Part shown: positions 24,109 to 37,084 of the stretch, one piece after another
Position numbering within the stretch: position 1 is the stretch's first letter
Layout: each line of letters begins with the position of its first letter
NCBI RefSeq assembly: GCF_004010195.1
Contig: NC_057758.1
Location: forward strand, 6,757,981-6,821,980
Source: Chiloscyllium plagiosum
Taxonomy: Eukaryota
Reading direction: 5' to 3'
DNA: 64,000 nt
Notes under the pieces: model-generated
What the model was told of the DNA's origin: nothing
Database searches by the model: none
The model's input: only the letters and a program-made list of their open reading frames with translations
Position numbers and translations under genes: made by a program

Positions 24109-24715
24109 AAAGAAAAAGGGGGAAATTCTGCGATATAGGTAAATCAGTGTTACTTCTGTAACTATAATTGCGTATTAACATCAGTATATAATTGTTTCAG
24201 CCAAGTTAATAACTCTTAATTAAATTAAATAAACTAACACAGGAATGAAAACTAGTTACTTTTCATTAGTTAAAATGTGCATACAGGAATGAAATGTGCC
24301 TGCAAACAATGGAAGATGTTACAGCCAAACAGGTAAGGTGCAAAAGAACATCAAGATATGCCAAGCTCAGCACATTTCCCTCATGTCAGCACTGAAGCGA
24401 GCCACGTCACTTACAAATAAGGGATGGGATATTTCGGGGTGAGGTTCGCCCAGCTTGGAGTAGGGGGAGAAGTAAACAGGTTGGCATGCAGCTAGGGAGG
24501 AGCAAAACACAAGAAGAAATATTGATAGGTTTGAAGGCCAATGAGGTAAACGGGGATGTACTGAGAATTAAACTGTATAAATTGTGGAGTAATTCCTGGA
24601 TCAGGGTGCCGACTTGTTAGCACCCTTCCTTACAAGAACAATTCAGTATAATTCACTGCTTCAGAATTTGACTCGGACTGAAATTTATTATATAGTGTGC
24701 TTTGTTTCTCACACA
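24109..24715 (+). repeat. Polypurine tract (24109-24125) and ERV 3' LTR (~590 bp)
   Basis: AAAGAAAAAGGGGGAAA just after env; CCAAT (~24538), TATAAA (~24576); ends ...CTCACACA where CR1 EN sequence resumes. Confidence 0.75.
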
Positions 24716-27700
24716 GGGGCTATGTGCTCTGGCAGGCCAGAGGTGAAGGAAGGAGGGGAGGGGTTTGCATTTTTGATGAAGGCGAGTATTCAAGCAGTAG
24801 TCAAGGTGGAATAACTGAATGATCATCCACTGAGGCTTTGTGGATAGAGCTAAGCACCAAGTAGAGAATGGTGACGTTATAATATAAGCCCCCCAAACAG
24901 TCAATTCGAAGAAAAAATATGCAGGGTGACTGGGGAGACTTGCAGGAGCAATAGAGTTGTCATTGGAGGGATTTTATTTTTTCCAAAATAGACGGGGATT
25001 GCCAGAGCATGAAGGTCTTAGATAGGTTGGAATTTGTTAAGTACGTTCAGGAAGGTTTCCTCAAACAGTATATAGAGGATCCTACCCTACAAGGGGCAAA
25101 ACTCGATTTACTCTTGGGAAATTAAGCATTGCAGGTGACTGAGCTGACAGTGGGGGAGCACTTTGGGACCAGTAACCATACTTCTATTAATTTTAAGATA
25201 GTTATGGAGAGGGACAAATTGGAACAAGAAATTAGACAGGAACTTGCCGGGATTGATTTGAATAGGTTGTTTGCTTGTAAAAGGACATTTGGCAAGTTGC
25301 AGGCCTTTAAAATTGTGATTATTGGAATTCAAGCTCTATCTTTTCCTTTGTGGATGAAGGGCGCGGATGGCTGGAACAGGGACCCTTGGATAACAAGATA
25401 TGCTGAGACTTCGTGCAGAAAGAAAGGAGGTGTGGCTCAGGTAGAGACAGCTGGAATCAAAGGAATCCCTTTAGGGATACAGGGAATACAGGAGTTTACT
25501 TTAGAAGGAAATCAGGAGAGCGAAAAGGGAGCAAGAGATAGACTTGACTGAGAATATTCGGGTGATCCAAAGAGGTGCTTTAATGATATTAAAGGAAAAA
25601 TAATAACTAGAGAGAGAATGTGGCCCCTCAAGGACCAAAGTGGATAAGCATGTGCAGAACCACAGCAGAGGGAGCGATATTCTCAAGAATATTTCTCCTC
25701 TATGTTTACTGTGGAGAAATACATAAAATCTTGGGAAAGTGTGGAAGTTAGTGGTGATGTATTGGGGACAGTCCATAACACAGTCGAGGTGGTGTTGGAT
25801 GCATTAGAAAGTATGAAGGTGTATAAATATATTGGTCCTGACCAGCGTTATCGAGGAATACTGCAAGAGTCCAGAGAAGAAATTGAGGGGACTCGGGCTG
25901 ACAGTTTCGCATCATCTTTAGCCACAGGCAGCAGACTGGAGGACAGCGAATGTTGCTCCTATATTCATGAAGGGCTGTAAAGAAAAGACTGGAAGCTTAA
26001 CGTCTGTGGTGGGTCAGTTACTTGAGAAGATTCTGACGGATAAGATATGCATGCATTTGGAAAGACCGGGTTTGAGTAAAATAAGACAGCATGGCTTTCT
26101 GAGTGGGAGATGAGGCCACACAACTTTGTTAAGTGTTGACAATGGTAGAATTGTAAATATAGTCAATATAGAATTCAGTAAGGCCTTTGATAAAGTTCCA
26201 AATGGTGGGCTCTTTTGGAAGGTTGGACTGAATGGAATCCAGGGTGAGCTGGGAAATTGGACGTATTATTCGATTGTTGGTGGGAAGCATGCTTATCGGT
26301 CTGGAGAACTGTGACCAGTGGAGTGCCAAAGGGGTTGGAACTTGGCCCGATTCTGTGTGTTTTCTATATTGATGATTTGGTTGAGATTGTACAAGACATG
26401 ATTAGTATGTTTGCTGATGATGCTGATATAGCCCATATCATGAACAGTGAGTAAGGTTTACAGAAGTTTCAGCAGGACCTAGAACAGATGGGGAACTGGG
26501 CCAAGAAATAGCAATTGGTTTTTAACATAGGTAAATGTGAGGTATTGCATTTTGGAAAGTCAAATCAAGGTAGGAATTTCATAGTTAATGGTAGGGCCTT
26601 AAGGAGTGTAGTGGAACAGAGTGACCATAGAGTTCAGTTTAATAGTTCACTTAAAGTGGAATTACAGAGCGACAGGTCGCCATACTATAGGAAGGATGTG
26701 GAGGCACTGGAACGGGTGCAGAGGAGGTTTACCAGGATGTTGCCTGGTATGGTAGAAAGATCGTATGAGGAAAGGCTGAGGCACTTGGGGTTGTTTTCAT
26801 TGGAGAAAAGAAGGTTTAGGGGTGACTTGATAGAGGTGTATAAGATGATTAGGGGTTTAGATAGGGTCGACAGTGAGAATCTTTTTCCACGTATAGAGTC
26901 AGCTATTACAAGGGGGCATAGCTTTAAATTAAGGGGGGTAGGTATAGGACAGATGTTAGGGGTAGGTTCTTTACTCAGCGAGTCGTGGGTTCATGGAATG
27001 CCCTGCCAGTAGCAGTGGTGGACTCTCCCTCATTATGGGCATTTAAGCGGGCATTGGATAGGCATATGGAGGATAGTGGGCTAGTGTAGGTTAGGTGGGC
27101 TTGGATCGACGCAACATCGAGGGCCGAAGGGCCTGTACAGCGCTGTATTCTTCTATGTTCTATGTTCTATGTCAGTGACGCAGGCTTTTGGCAAACTGGC
27201 CTTCATCAGTCAGACCATTCAGTATTGAAGTTAGGAAGTTATGTTGCAGTTATACACGATGTTTATGAGGCTGTATTTGGAGGATTGTGTTCAGTTCTGC
27301 TGACCTTGTTATCGGATGGATGTTAATAAACTCGAAAGATTGCAAGCGAAATGTACAAGGAGGCTGCCTTTCCACATTGGTCTATGTTATAGGGAGCGAT
27401 TGTCCAAGCTAGACCTTTCTCATCCTCAGTGTAGGAGAATGAGGGGGTCCGTATAAAATCATGAGAGGCACAGGGTGAATGCACTCAATCTTTTTCTGAG
27501 TGTTGGGCAATCGAGGACTGGAGGGCATCAGTTTAAGGTTAAGGGAAAGAATAAAAGGGAACCCGAAGGTCAACATTTTTTACACAGAGTGGTATGCTAA
27601 TGGAATGAGCTGCCAATGGAAGTGGTTGAGACGGGTACGTTTACACGATATAAAAGGCATTTAGACATGGATAGGAAAGATTAGAAGGATATGAACCGAC

Positions 27701-27800
27701 TATTGGGAAATGACTTTCGCGTGGACAGCCCAGTTTGCTCTTCGTGTACTGGTTTGGGCCAAAGGGCCAATCTCTGTGCTGGAGGAGTTATGACTCTGTG
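24716..27800 (+). mobile_element. Old CR1 ORF2 (EN to RT to 3' end), probable host of the ERV
   Basis: VGEHFGTSNHTSINFKI, EFSKAFDKVP, VTSGVPKGLELGP, MFADD, FNIGKCEVLHFG. Confidence 0.85.
26675..27171 (+). mobile_element. Young CR1/HER1 3' fragment nested in older CR1
   Basis: SPYYRKDVEALERVQRRFTRMLPG...RGDLIEVYKM; (TTCTATG)n tail; near-identical to 45072-45514. Confidence 0.92.
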
Positions 27801-28309
27801 AGTGAGCTTCAGGAGCTGAGATTGCCTTCTGCGCCCATCAGCCACAAGGGAGTGAGCAACCTCTGTACGGATTTCAGATCTGGGGCTAGTGTGTGAGTGT
27901 ATGTCGAGTGAGAAGGGAAGGGAGAGACCGGCGATGCAGTCTGGATTCAACTTCTATGCTGCTGCTTTCTCTTTCACGAGCTAACAGCACCCACCTTCCC
28001 AATGCATGCATTCATCAGATCCATTTGAAAGAATACCAATTTAAGTCGAAAACTGACATTTATTCTGCAGGAGAGACAGGTTCCAATGGTCGCAAGGCAG
28101 ACACAGAGACTCTGAGTTGGCTACACTTGAAGCAGCTGTCCCTGTTCAGGGACAACTAGAGATGGGCATCTATTGCTGGCCTTGCCAGTGACAATCCCAT
28201 TCAAACATTTTCAAAAATCTTTCTTCTGACACACTCCCTGTGTCAACTGAAAACGGATTCATCACAGTGTGGGCTTTGCAATTTGAATATGTGCTTCATC
28301 CTGTCAAAG

Positions 28310-28397
28310 TATTCAATCACACAACACCAGGTTATAGTCCAATCGGTTTATTTTGATGCACTAGCTTTCGGAGCGCTGTTCCTTCATCAGGTGGTTT
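28310..28397 (-). mobile_element. PLE-type pseudo-LTR fragment (family C)
   Basis: Reverse complement matches 8175-8255. Confidence 0.7.
28359..28393 (-). ncRNA. Minimal type I hammerhead ribozyme motif
   Basis: Minus strand CAC-CTGATGA-A-GGA-ACAGCGC-TCC-GAAA-GC-TA-GTG: stems I and II pair, palindromic AGCT stem III, CUA cleavage triplet. Confidence 0.75.
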
Positions 28398-29159
28398 ATC
28401 CGGTCATCACTTTTTGCACCTGACGAGGTTCTGCTGCTTCACTGTATATAGAGTTTCTCACTGACTGATCCTGGTCTCCTTTGTCCCTAGGGAATTAATA
28501 ACCTGCAAGCTTTGTCGGGGCAATCAACATAGAGTAATAGAGTTTACAGCATAGTAACAGACACTTCGGTCCATCCCGTCCATGCTGACCAGATAACCCA
28601 ACCCAATCTAGTCCCACCTGCCAACACCCGGCCCATATCCCTCCAAAGCCTTGCTATTCGTTTGAAACATTCAGCAAGTAATTGTATGGCACCACATGTC
28701 ACTTTGTTAAGCAAAACCATACTTTATTGTGCAACTGAGAAGTGAAACAAAACATCCTTATTTATCACATTCCGAATATCTCTGTGATGTTTTGAATTTA
28801 ATTTTAATTTAACACGTTTATCTTGTTATGTCCTGAATGGTCATTCACTTTCTGAAGGGATCAACCCAAACGTATGCCATAGCCCACTGGAATTTAGACC
28901 GATTCCTCCCCAGTTTCTCATTCTTACACCTGGGATTTCTAGAGCTTTCTGGTCTGCAAATGTTCCAGTGTCTGTGTTGTCACAGCTGCCTGTGCACAGA
29001 CGTGCAACTTGTACATGGTTGATTCCCACCTTTCTTGGTAATGTTATTCCCATGTATTTTTACATTCAAGGGGCAAGTTTGCTTTCTAGATTATTTTTTA
29101 ATGTTCTTAATCCCCATTCGTAAGAAAAACTATTCATCTCTCAATAAGGTCCACAGCTT

Positions 29160-29495
29160 TCTCAATTTTGGGCACTTTTTTTTGTTTCTGAACTCTTCGC
29201 CAGGCCAGGATTGACTGGCACGAGGGAGCATACTTTTAAGGTATTAGTAGAAAGGTATAGACGGAGCATCGAAGGTAGGTTATTTGTGCAGAGAGAGGTG
29301 AGCGCATGGAATACTTTGCCAGCGGTGGTGGTGAGTCATTAGGACATTTAAGTAACTGCTGGACATGCACACGGAGAGCAGTGAATTGAGGCGTGTACAG
29401 GTTGTTTTATTTTACGTTTGCATTTATCCTCGGCAAAACATTATGGGCCAAAGGGTTCGTTCTATGCTGTACGTTTCTATGTTCATATGTTCTAA
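29160..29495 (+). mobile_element. CR1 3' end fragment
   Basis: Resembles 4190-4460 and ends in a TTCTATG-like tail. Confidence 0.75.
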
Positions 29496-29499
29496 CATT

Positions 29500-30880
29500 T
29501 TGACTCATCCACATCAGGCTGAGGTTTAAAATCTTTGCTACCTTCCCCACCCTCCCCTCTGACTTATCACCTCCATCCCCACCCCCATTCACCTCTTCTA
29601 CTCTTTGGTAACTTGCCACCAGCCCCACATCTCACCCCCACCCCCATTTATCTCTCCACCCTGGAGAGATGAAGGTGGGAAAGGAGGGCGGAATAGATAG
29701 TTGGGAAAGGTGAAGGACAGGTCAAGAAGGTGGTGCCGAGGTGGCTGGTCGGGACAGGAACAACGGGGGTTTGGGGAAGTGGAGGGGGTAAATGAGAAAA
29801 CTGGTGAAATCCACATTGTTCCCGTTTTATTGCAGGGTCCCATGGCGGAATATGAGGCATTCTTCCTCCAGGTGTGGACGGTAAGGCTTCTGTGATGGAG
29901 GTGGTCTCGGACCTGCATGTCGTTGGCAGAGTAGAAAGGGGAGTTGACGTGTTCAGCGACGGGACGGCAGGGTTGGTTGGTGCAGGTGTGCCAGAGATGG
30001 TCTCTGAAACGATCCGCAAGTTGGCGTCTTGTCTCCTCGATTTCGAGGAGACGACAACGGTTGCAACGGATACAGTAGATGACATTGATTGCGGTCTAGA
30101 TAAATTTCTGTCAGATCTGGAAGGATCCTTGGGGACCTTCGACGGAGATGGAGAGAGGGAGGGGAAGATTAGATTAGATTAGATTAGATTAGATTACTTT
30201 ACATTGTGGAAACAGGCCCTTCGGCCCAACAAGTCCACACCGATCCGCCGAAGCGTAACCCACCCATACCCCTACATTTACCCCTTACCTAACACTACGG
30301 GCAATTTAGCATGGCCAATTCACCTGACCTGCACATCTTTGGACTGTGGGAGGAAACGGGAGCACCCGGAGGAAACCCACGCAGACACGGGGAGAATGTG
30401 CAAACTCCACACAGTCAGTCGCCTGAGACGGGAATTGAACCCGGGTCTCTGGCGCTGCGAGGCAGCAGTGCTAACCACTGTGCCACCGTGCCGCCCACTA
30501 AGGTGTGCGTGCAGGATTTGCTCTTCTTGCGTGGTAGGGGAAAGTGTCAGGAGAGGGTGGGAGGGGACGTGCAACTGATCAGGAAGTCGCAGAGGGAATG
30601 GTCTCTCCGGAATGCTGACAGAGATGGGGAGGGAAATATGTCTCTGGTGGTGGGGTCCATTTGTCGGTGACAGAAGTGGCGGAGGTCGATATGGTGGAAA
30701 CGAAGGTTGATGGGGTGAAAGGTGAGGACCGGGGGATGGCTCTGTCCCTGTTGTGTTGGGAGGGGTGGGGATGAAGGGCGGAGGTGCACAACATGGAGGA
30801 GATGCCTTGGCAGGCATCGTCAACCACGTGGGTGGGGAAATAGCGATCTTTGAAGAAGGAAGCCTTCTGGGAGTTACCAT
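29500..30880 (-). mobile_element. Penelope-like remnant with GIY-YIG endonuclease and partial inverted end
   Basis: Minus strand NVIYCIRCNRC.LLEIEETRRQLADRFRDHL...PVAEHVNS...; 29500-29665 is an inverted piece of the pseudo-LTR. Confidence 0.8.
30166..30496 (-). mobile_element. HE1-type SINE (young) inserted in the PLE
   Basis: (GATTA)n tail and full body on the minus strand. Confidence 0.93.
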
Positions 30881-31626
30881 AATTCCTTGATTAACGCAAT
30901 GACAATTTTGGAAACTGTTTTTCTAATAAAGGTTTCCGCTGAGCTGGCAACTCAGAATAAAAGTCTTTCTTGGCTTTCTAGAGCAGTCGGAGTGATTTTC
31001 CTTAAAATTTAAGTGTTTTGGAATTGATCGGGTCTATTTTCACTCGTGGTAATCACATTAGAAAGAATAGGTGTCTCAGAAGCTTCTGTCTCTGGTGCAA
31101 CTTTCCCTGGGGAAACACCAGTCACTTTTCCCAACACTGATTTGCTCCATGATCACAAGCAATTCGCTTTGGAAGTTCCACCTTTTGAAGTGAGATCATA
31201 CCAGCTCTACCGATTCACTGACAGATTTGGCATCATCTTTTGACCACCTTGGCGGGAAAGCTTTGAGGGTTTAGACAGGAGTGGATATGACAATCCGATT
31301 GATCACAATCTTCTCACGTGGTGAGGCATCTTGAACGGCTGAATGGCTTTCCTGCTCCTCATTCATATCTGCAATGTCTGTCATCTTCCTGCCACCACAA
31401 AACCCAATGCTTTTCATCGACAGCCTTACTAGATATTACATCCTCCAGCTCCAAGCTCAGCAAGCTTTCTGGTTTCATTTCCCCTCAGCGATTCCAAATG
31501 AGCGATTCCATCTTTACAAATCCCTAGCTACCTTCTGTGAGAAGCGCCCATGACAAATAAACAAAACAACCGCCGGACATGACAATCTCCATGCCAACGT
31601 GGCACGGTAATGGAGGAAATGAAATG

Positions 31627-31780
31627 CAGAGGAACCTCTATTATCTGAAGGACATGGGTGGGGAGAATTTTGTTCAGTTCATTGAATGCCGGGTGACAGT
31701 TTAGCCAAGCATTGCAACCTTGCGATCATGCCGGATAATCCAATATTCGGATTTTGAATACCGGATAATTGAGGTTCAAT
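31627..31780. mobile_element. Possible Tc1/mariner (Tigger-like) MITE remnant
   Basis: Imperfect inverted termini GAACCTCTATTATCTG (31632-31647) / CGGATAATTGAGGTTC (31762-31777), 14/16 match. Confidence 0.45.
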
Positions 31781-31962
31781 TCTCAGACTAAACAACTTCT
31801 ACCTTCCAAAACGTTCTTCATTCAGTGATTCGTATGGCATTTGAAGCCATCTCACTGGGAGCAAAGTAGTGAGGGTGGCCAGTCTCGGAGAAAGAAACCC
31901 TCTGAGCTTCCCACTGGCAGGATCAACATGATTTAGTCCTGAACATGATGAGCAGCAGCGCC

Positions 31963-33021
31963 AACTCGCTGGTGTGTCTGCAGGCTGGATAATTGAGTGA
32001 ATCCCTTCCCACACTGAGAGCGGGTGAGTGGCCTCTTCCTGGTGTGAAATCATTGAAGTCTCTGCAGACTGCATAATTGAGTGAATCCCTTCCCACACTG
32101 TCAGCAGATGAACCGCCTTTCCCCAGTGTGAATCCGTTCATGTCATAGCATGGCGTAGAAATCAGAGAGTCTCTTCCCACAGTGATGGCAGGGAAAATAC
32201 CTCTCTCCAGTGTGCAGCCGTTGTTGAATAACCAAGCTCGATGACTGAGCGAATCCTTTCCCACACTGAGAGCAGGTGAACAGCGTCTCCCCAGTGTGAA
32301 GCCATTGGTGAGTAACCAAGGCAGATGGCTGAACAAATCCTTTCGCACACTTAGGGCAACACTACGGCCTCTCGCTTGTGTCTCAGCACGTTAGCTGGTG
32401 AATTCCTTCCCACAATCAGAGCAGGGGAATACCATCTTGCTTGTGTGCCAAAGGGGTGGATGTATCAATGAGTCTCTTCCCACATTCAGAGGTGCATGAT
32501 CTCTGCACAGCGTGAAATTTCTGGCTTGTCAGCAGATGAGAGATAGCACTGAATCCTTTCTCACGCAAAAAAAAAACAGGTGAACAGCCTTCCCCCCGTG
32601 TGTCGACGCTCATCAATCTCAAGACCAGATGCGTAATAGAATCCCTTCCCACAGTGCCCACATTTCCATGGTTTATCCATGCAGAAATTGTTCGCATTCC
32701 CTCTCCAGGTTTAACAATCAGTGGAAGCCTCGTCCAAACACAGATCATGTGAATGGTCTCTCTTGGCTGTGAATTGTGTAAATGTCTTCTTAGGCTATTT
32801 TCGGCTTTTCTCACTGTTGGTGCACTGACACACTCTCGCACGGGCTTGTTAATATCGCAATGTTTTGTTTAAAATCCATTGAAGCAGACAGAACAGTGAA
32901 ACATTTCTCCCTCGAAGGTGAAGGATTCACGACGTTCAGATGCTGACAAATCGAGTGATTTCAGATCTTGACATGATGTTAATTTCAGATTTCGTTCTTC
33001 AAATCCTTCCTTTCTATTATC
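31963..33021 (-). pseudogene. C2H2 zinc-finger array pseudogene (~9-10 decayed fingers), terminal exon
   Basis: [88 protein letters not shown]; stops, lost Cys/His, frameshifts; candidate acceptor TTTAACAG at 33022. Confidence 0.9.
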
Positions 33022-33184
33022 CTGTTAAAGTTGTTTCACAAGTCATCAATATCTCAGTGCTAGATAAAACTTCAAAAGTAATTATTTTGCAAAGTGATAC
33101 ACATTCTTGCGGATTGGCATGGTTCTAGTTACTGTTAGTGCATTGGGGATGGGCCCCCTTTATACTGCCTGGTCGAATGTTTGT

Positions 33185-35900
33185 TATCAAGTCGATCAGA
33201 TGCACAGCGTGAAAACAAACCTTTCTGTCCAACTCATCCATGCTGACCAGATATACTAACCGAATCGAATCCCATTTGCCTGCACCCAGCCCATATCTCT
33301 GTAAACCCTTCCTATTCATGTCCTCATGGAGACGCCTTTTAAATGCTGCGACTGCACCAGGCTCCACCGCCTCCTCTGGCAGCTCATTCCATATGCACAC
33401 CACCACCTGTGTGGAAAAGTTGCTCCTTAGGTCCCATTTATATCTTTTCCCTCTCAGCCTAAACCTACGCGCTCTAGTTCTGGACTCCCCACCCCACCCC
33501 TTGTCTATTTATCCTATCGATACGCCTTGTGACTTTATAAACCATTCCAAGTTCACACCTCAGCCTCCGAAGCTCCAGGAAAAATAGCTGCAGCCTATTC
33601 ACCCTCTCCCTATCGCTCAAACCCTCCTTATAAATCCTTATAAATCTTTTCTGAACAGTTTCAGGTTTCACAACATCTTTACGATAGGAAGGTGACAAAA
33701 ATTGCATGCAATATTCCAACCCTGCCAAGACTAATATCCTGTAGACCCACAGCATAACCTTCCAACTCCAATACTCAATGCTTTGACAAATAAAGGAAAG
33801 CCCTTTTCGATATCATGTCGACTTGCGGCTCGACTTTGTAGGAGCTATGAACCTGCACTCCAAGGTCTCTTTCTTCAGCACCACTCCCTAGGAACTTACA
33901 ATGAAGTGTACATGTTTTGCTATGATTTGCTTTTTCAAAATGCAGCACCTCGCATTTTCCTGAATTAAACTCAATTTGTCACTCCTCAACACATTGGCCC
34001 ATCTCATCAAGATCCTGTTGTACTCTCAGGTAATCTTCGCAGTCCACTACACCTCCAATTTTGGTGTCAGCTGCAAACTTACTAATTATTCCTCCCATGT
34101 TCACATCCAAATCATTTACACAAATAATGAAAAGTGGTGGACCATACAGTGATCCTTGTGTCACTCCACTGACCACGATACCTCCAGTCAGAAAAACAAT
34201 CCTCCAGAACCACCCTCTTCGAACCAGTTCTGCATCCAAAGGGCAAGTCCGCCCTGTATTCCATGAGATGTAAACTTGTTAACCAGTCTCCAATGGGGAA
34301 CCTTGTCGAACGCCTTTATAACGTCTATACAGATTACGTCCACTGCTCTGCCCTCATCAATCCTCGTTGGTACTTCATCAAAAACCTCAATTAAGTTTGT
34401 GAGACATGATTTCCCATGCACAAACCCATGATGACTATCCATAATCAGTCTATGCTTTTCCACTGATGCCAGGCTGACTGGTCTAATGTTCCCTGTTTTT
34501 TGTCTTACCAACTTGCTTAAACAGTGGTACAACGTTAGCCATCCTCTGGTCTTCCGGCACCTCACCTGTGACTATTGATGATACAAATATTTCAGCAAAG
34601 GGCCCAGTAATCACTTCCCTAGCTTCCCAAATTTCTAGGGCACACCTATTCAGTTGTTGGGGATTTATCAACCTTTGTGCATTTCAAGACATCCACGATC
34701 TCCTCCTCTGTAATATGGACATTTTTCAATATGTCACCATCTATTTCCCCACATTCTATATCTTCCATTTTCTTTCTCCATAGTAAACACTGATGGATTT
34801 AATATCTCCCCCATCTCCTGCGCCTCCCTACGAAGACTGCCTTGCTGATCTTTGAAGGGACTTATTATGTCCATAGTTACCCTTTTGTCCTTAAGGTATT
34901 TATAAAAACCCTCTGATTTTCCTTAACCCTATTTGCCAAAGCTTGTTCTCTAGCCATCCAGCATTCCCTGGACCTACCTGCTTTTCCTTTCATCCGAGTA
35001 GAAATATACTGCCTCTGGACTCTCAGTATCTAATTTCTTAAGGCTTCCCATTTCCCAGTTGTCCCTTTACCTACAAACATCTGTCGCCCCATTCGGCTTT
35101 TGAAAGTTCTTGCCTAACACCGTCAAAATTGGCCTTCCTCCAATTTAGGCCTTCAGCTTTCGGATCCTGTCTAATCTTTTCCATCACTATTTTAAAACTA
35201 ATAGAATTATGGTGACTGACGCGAAAGTGCTCCCCCAATGATACCTCAGTCACCGGTTCTGCGTTATTTCTCAAGAACAGATCAGGTTTTGCACATTCTC
35301 TAGGAGGAACAGCCACATAATGAATCAGGAAGTTCTCTTGTACACACTTAACAAATTCCTCTCCATGAGAACCCTTAACACTATATCAGTCCCAGTCTAT
35401 GCTTGTAAAGTTAAAATTCCCTACCAAAACCACGCTATTATTCTGACAGATAAGTCAAACTTCCTTACAAATTTGCTTGGAAGGTCTATTAGTGGGTCTA
35501 TATGGCAATCCCAATAAGGTGATCATCCCTTTCTTATTTCTTAGTTCCTCCTAAATAATGTCCCTGGATGTACTCCAAGGAGTATCCTAAGTACAGCAAG
35601 TAATGCTATCCCTTATAAACATTGCTACGCTTCCCCCCAACCCTGTCCGGACCCCTTTCCCATCCATCCTATAGCATTTGTATCCTGCAACCTTAAGCTG
35701 CCAGTCCAAAACATACCCGAGCCACATCTCTGTAATGGATATGCTATCCCAGTGCTATGTTCCTCATCATTTGCTGATTTCACCTCCCTTCCATTTTAGG
35801 GCACTTGCATTGAAGTTATTGCAGTTTAGTTAATCAGTCCAGCTTATTCTCTGCTTGGTTCCTTCCTTCCTTGACTGTTTGACTTGCTTCCTTTCCCAAC
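33185..35900 (-). mobile_element. Old CR1 ORF2, most of its length
   Basis: LGEHFRVSHHNSISFKI, SHHGFVHGKSCLTNL, KAFDKVPH, SGVTQGSLYGP, SKFAADTK, LEYCMQFLSP. Confidence 0.88.
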
Positions 35901-35984
35901 TATACCAGTCTTAGATTGACCACTTGGCTCACTATCTCCCAGGGTCCACCTACGCAGCCCCCCCTCTCGCCGCCCCACGCAAGA

Positions 35985-36625
35985 CCTTCAACGAGTGGGA
36001 GGCCAAATTGAAGTGTTCAGCAACAAATCTTTCAGCCACGTCCTGAAGCAGACTCACTACCACAGCCACATCATCATCCTCAGTGTCTGTCTACTGATTC
36101 CACATGGACTCCTAAGACTACACAGTGGCTGGACACTTCAACTCCCCCTCCCTCTCCACCAAGGAGATGCAGATCCTGGGCCTCCTCCTTTGCCAAAGCC
36201 TAACCATCCGACGCCTGGAGGATGAACGCCTCATCTTCCGACTTGGGACCGTGTAACCACACGGACGTAATGTGGATTTCTCCAGTTTCCTCTTCCCCCA
36301 CGTTATCTCAGTCACAAGCCTTCAACTCGGCACTGCCCAATTGACCTGTCCATTGTCTTTCCCATCTATCCACTCCACTCTCCTCTCCAACCTATCACCT
36401 TCTTGCTCACATTCATCTGACTCTCACATTCTCACCCACCTTCCTCCAGCCCCAACGCCCTTCATTTATCTCTCAACACCCTACCCACAAACCTCCTCCT
36501 TGATGAGGGGCTTATGCCTGACCCGTCAATTCTCCTGCTCCTTGGTTGCTGGCTGACTTGCTGTGGTTTTCCAGCACCATACCCTAGACTCTGACCTCCA
36601 CCATTTGTTATCCTCACTTTCTCCT
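35985..36625 (+). mobile_element. PLE 3' end and pseudo-LTR (family A-related)
   Basis: RRLEDERLIFRLGT; decayed TTGATGAGGGGCTTATGCC; ends TCCTCACTTTCTCC like the 33-nt tail. Confidence 0.75.
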
Positions 36626-36809
36626 GGTGAATGGTGTCTTCGCATGATATAAAGTATAAGAAAACGAGGCATATCTCAACCAGATATTAATTTAATGCCT
36701 CATTGCTTGCCAGCTCTAGCCTGGAAATCACCTTTTTTAATTGCAAACATTATGAAATGAAATCATTCTGGCAGCCAGATAAACGACTGCGCCAAATTGA
36801 GTCAGTCAA

Positions 36810-36923
36810 GGATGACACAAACACACGCAGATATTGCTGGAAAAAAATCGGCGGGTCTGACAGCATCTGCAGGAGAGAAATCAAAGTATAAACTTTCGGG
36901 TGGATGGACCCTTCCTCAGAACA
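36810..36923 (-). mobile_element. Short PLE-type terminal fragment with decayed HHR motif
   Basis: Minus strand CTGAGGA-A-GGGT-CCATCC-ACCC-GAAA. Confidence 0.5.
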
Positions 36924-37084
36924 GTAACTGATGACTTTTACAGCGGGAGACCACAACCTCATTTTCCACAAACTGTCCCCTTCCCTGGATTCACTTCCCG
37001 AATGATCAATTCTTGCAAGTCAGCAATTTAACCCCGACTGATAAAAGAAAAGAAAAACAATAAAATGTTCCGAGATAATTTCCC

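Larger units (their letters stand above)
19565..24715 (+). mobile_element. Class I (gamma/epsilon-like) endogenous retrovirus, 3' half: RNase H-IN-env-PPT-3'LTR
   Basis: Collinear retroviral motifs in the correct order; the 5' half is lost at the gap. Confidence 0.92.

Noticed and set aside
27800..29060. Possible host exons (AG acceptors near 28070, 28490 and 28857)
   Set aside because: No recognisable protein similarity or consistent exon chain
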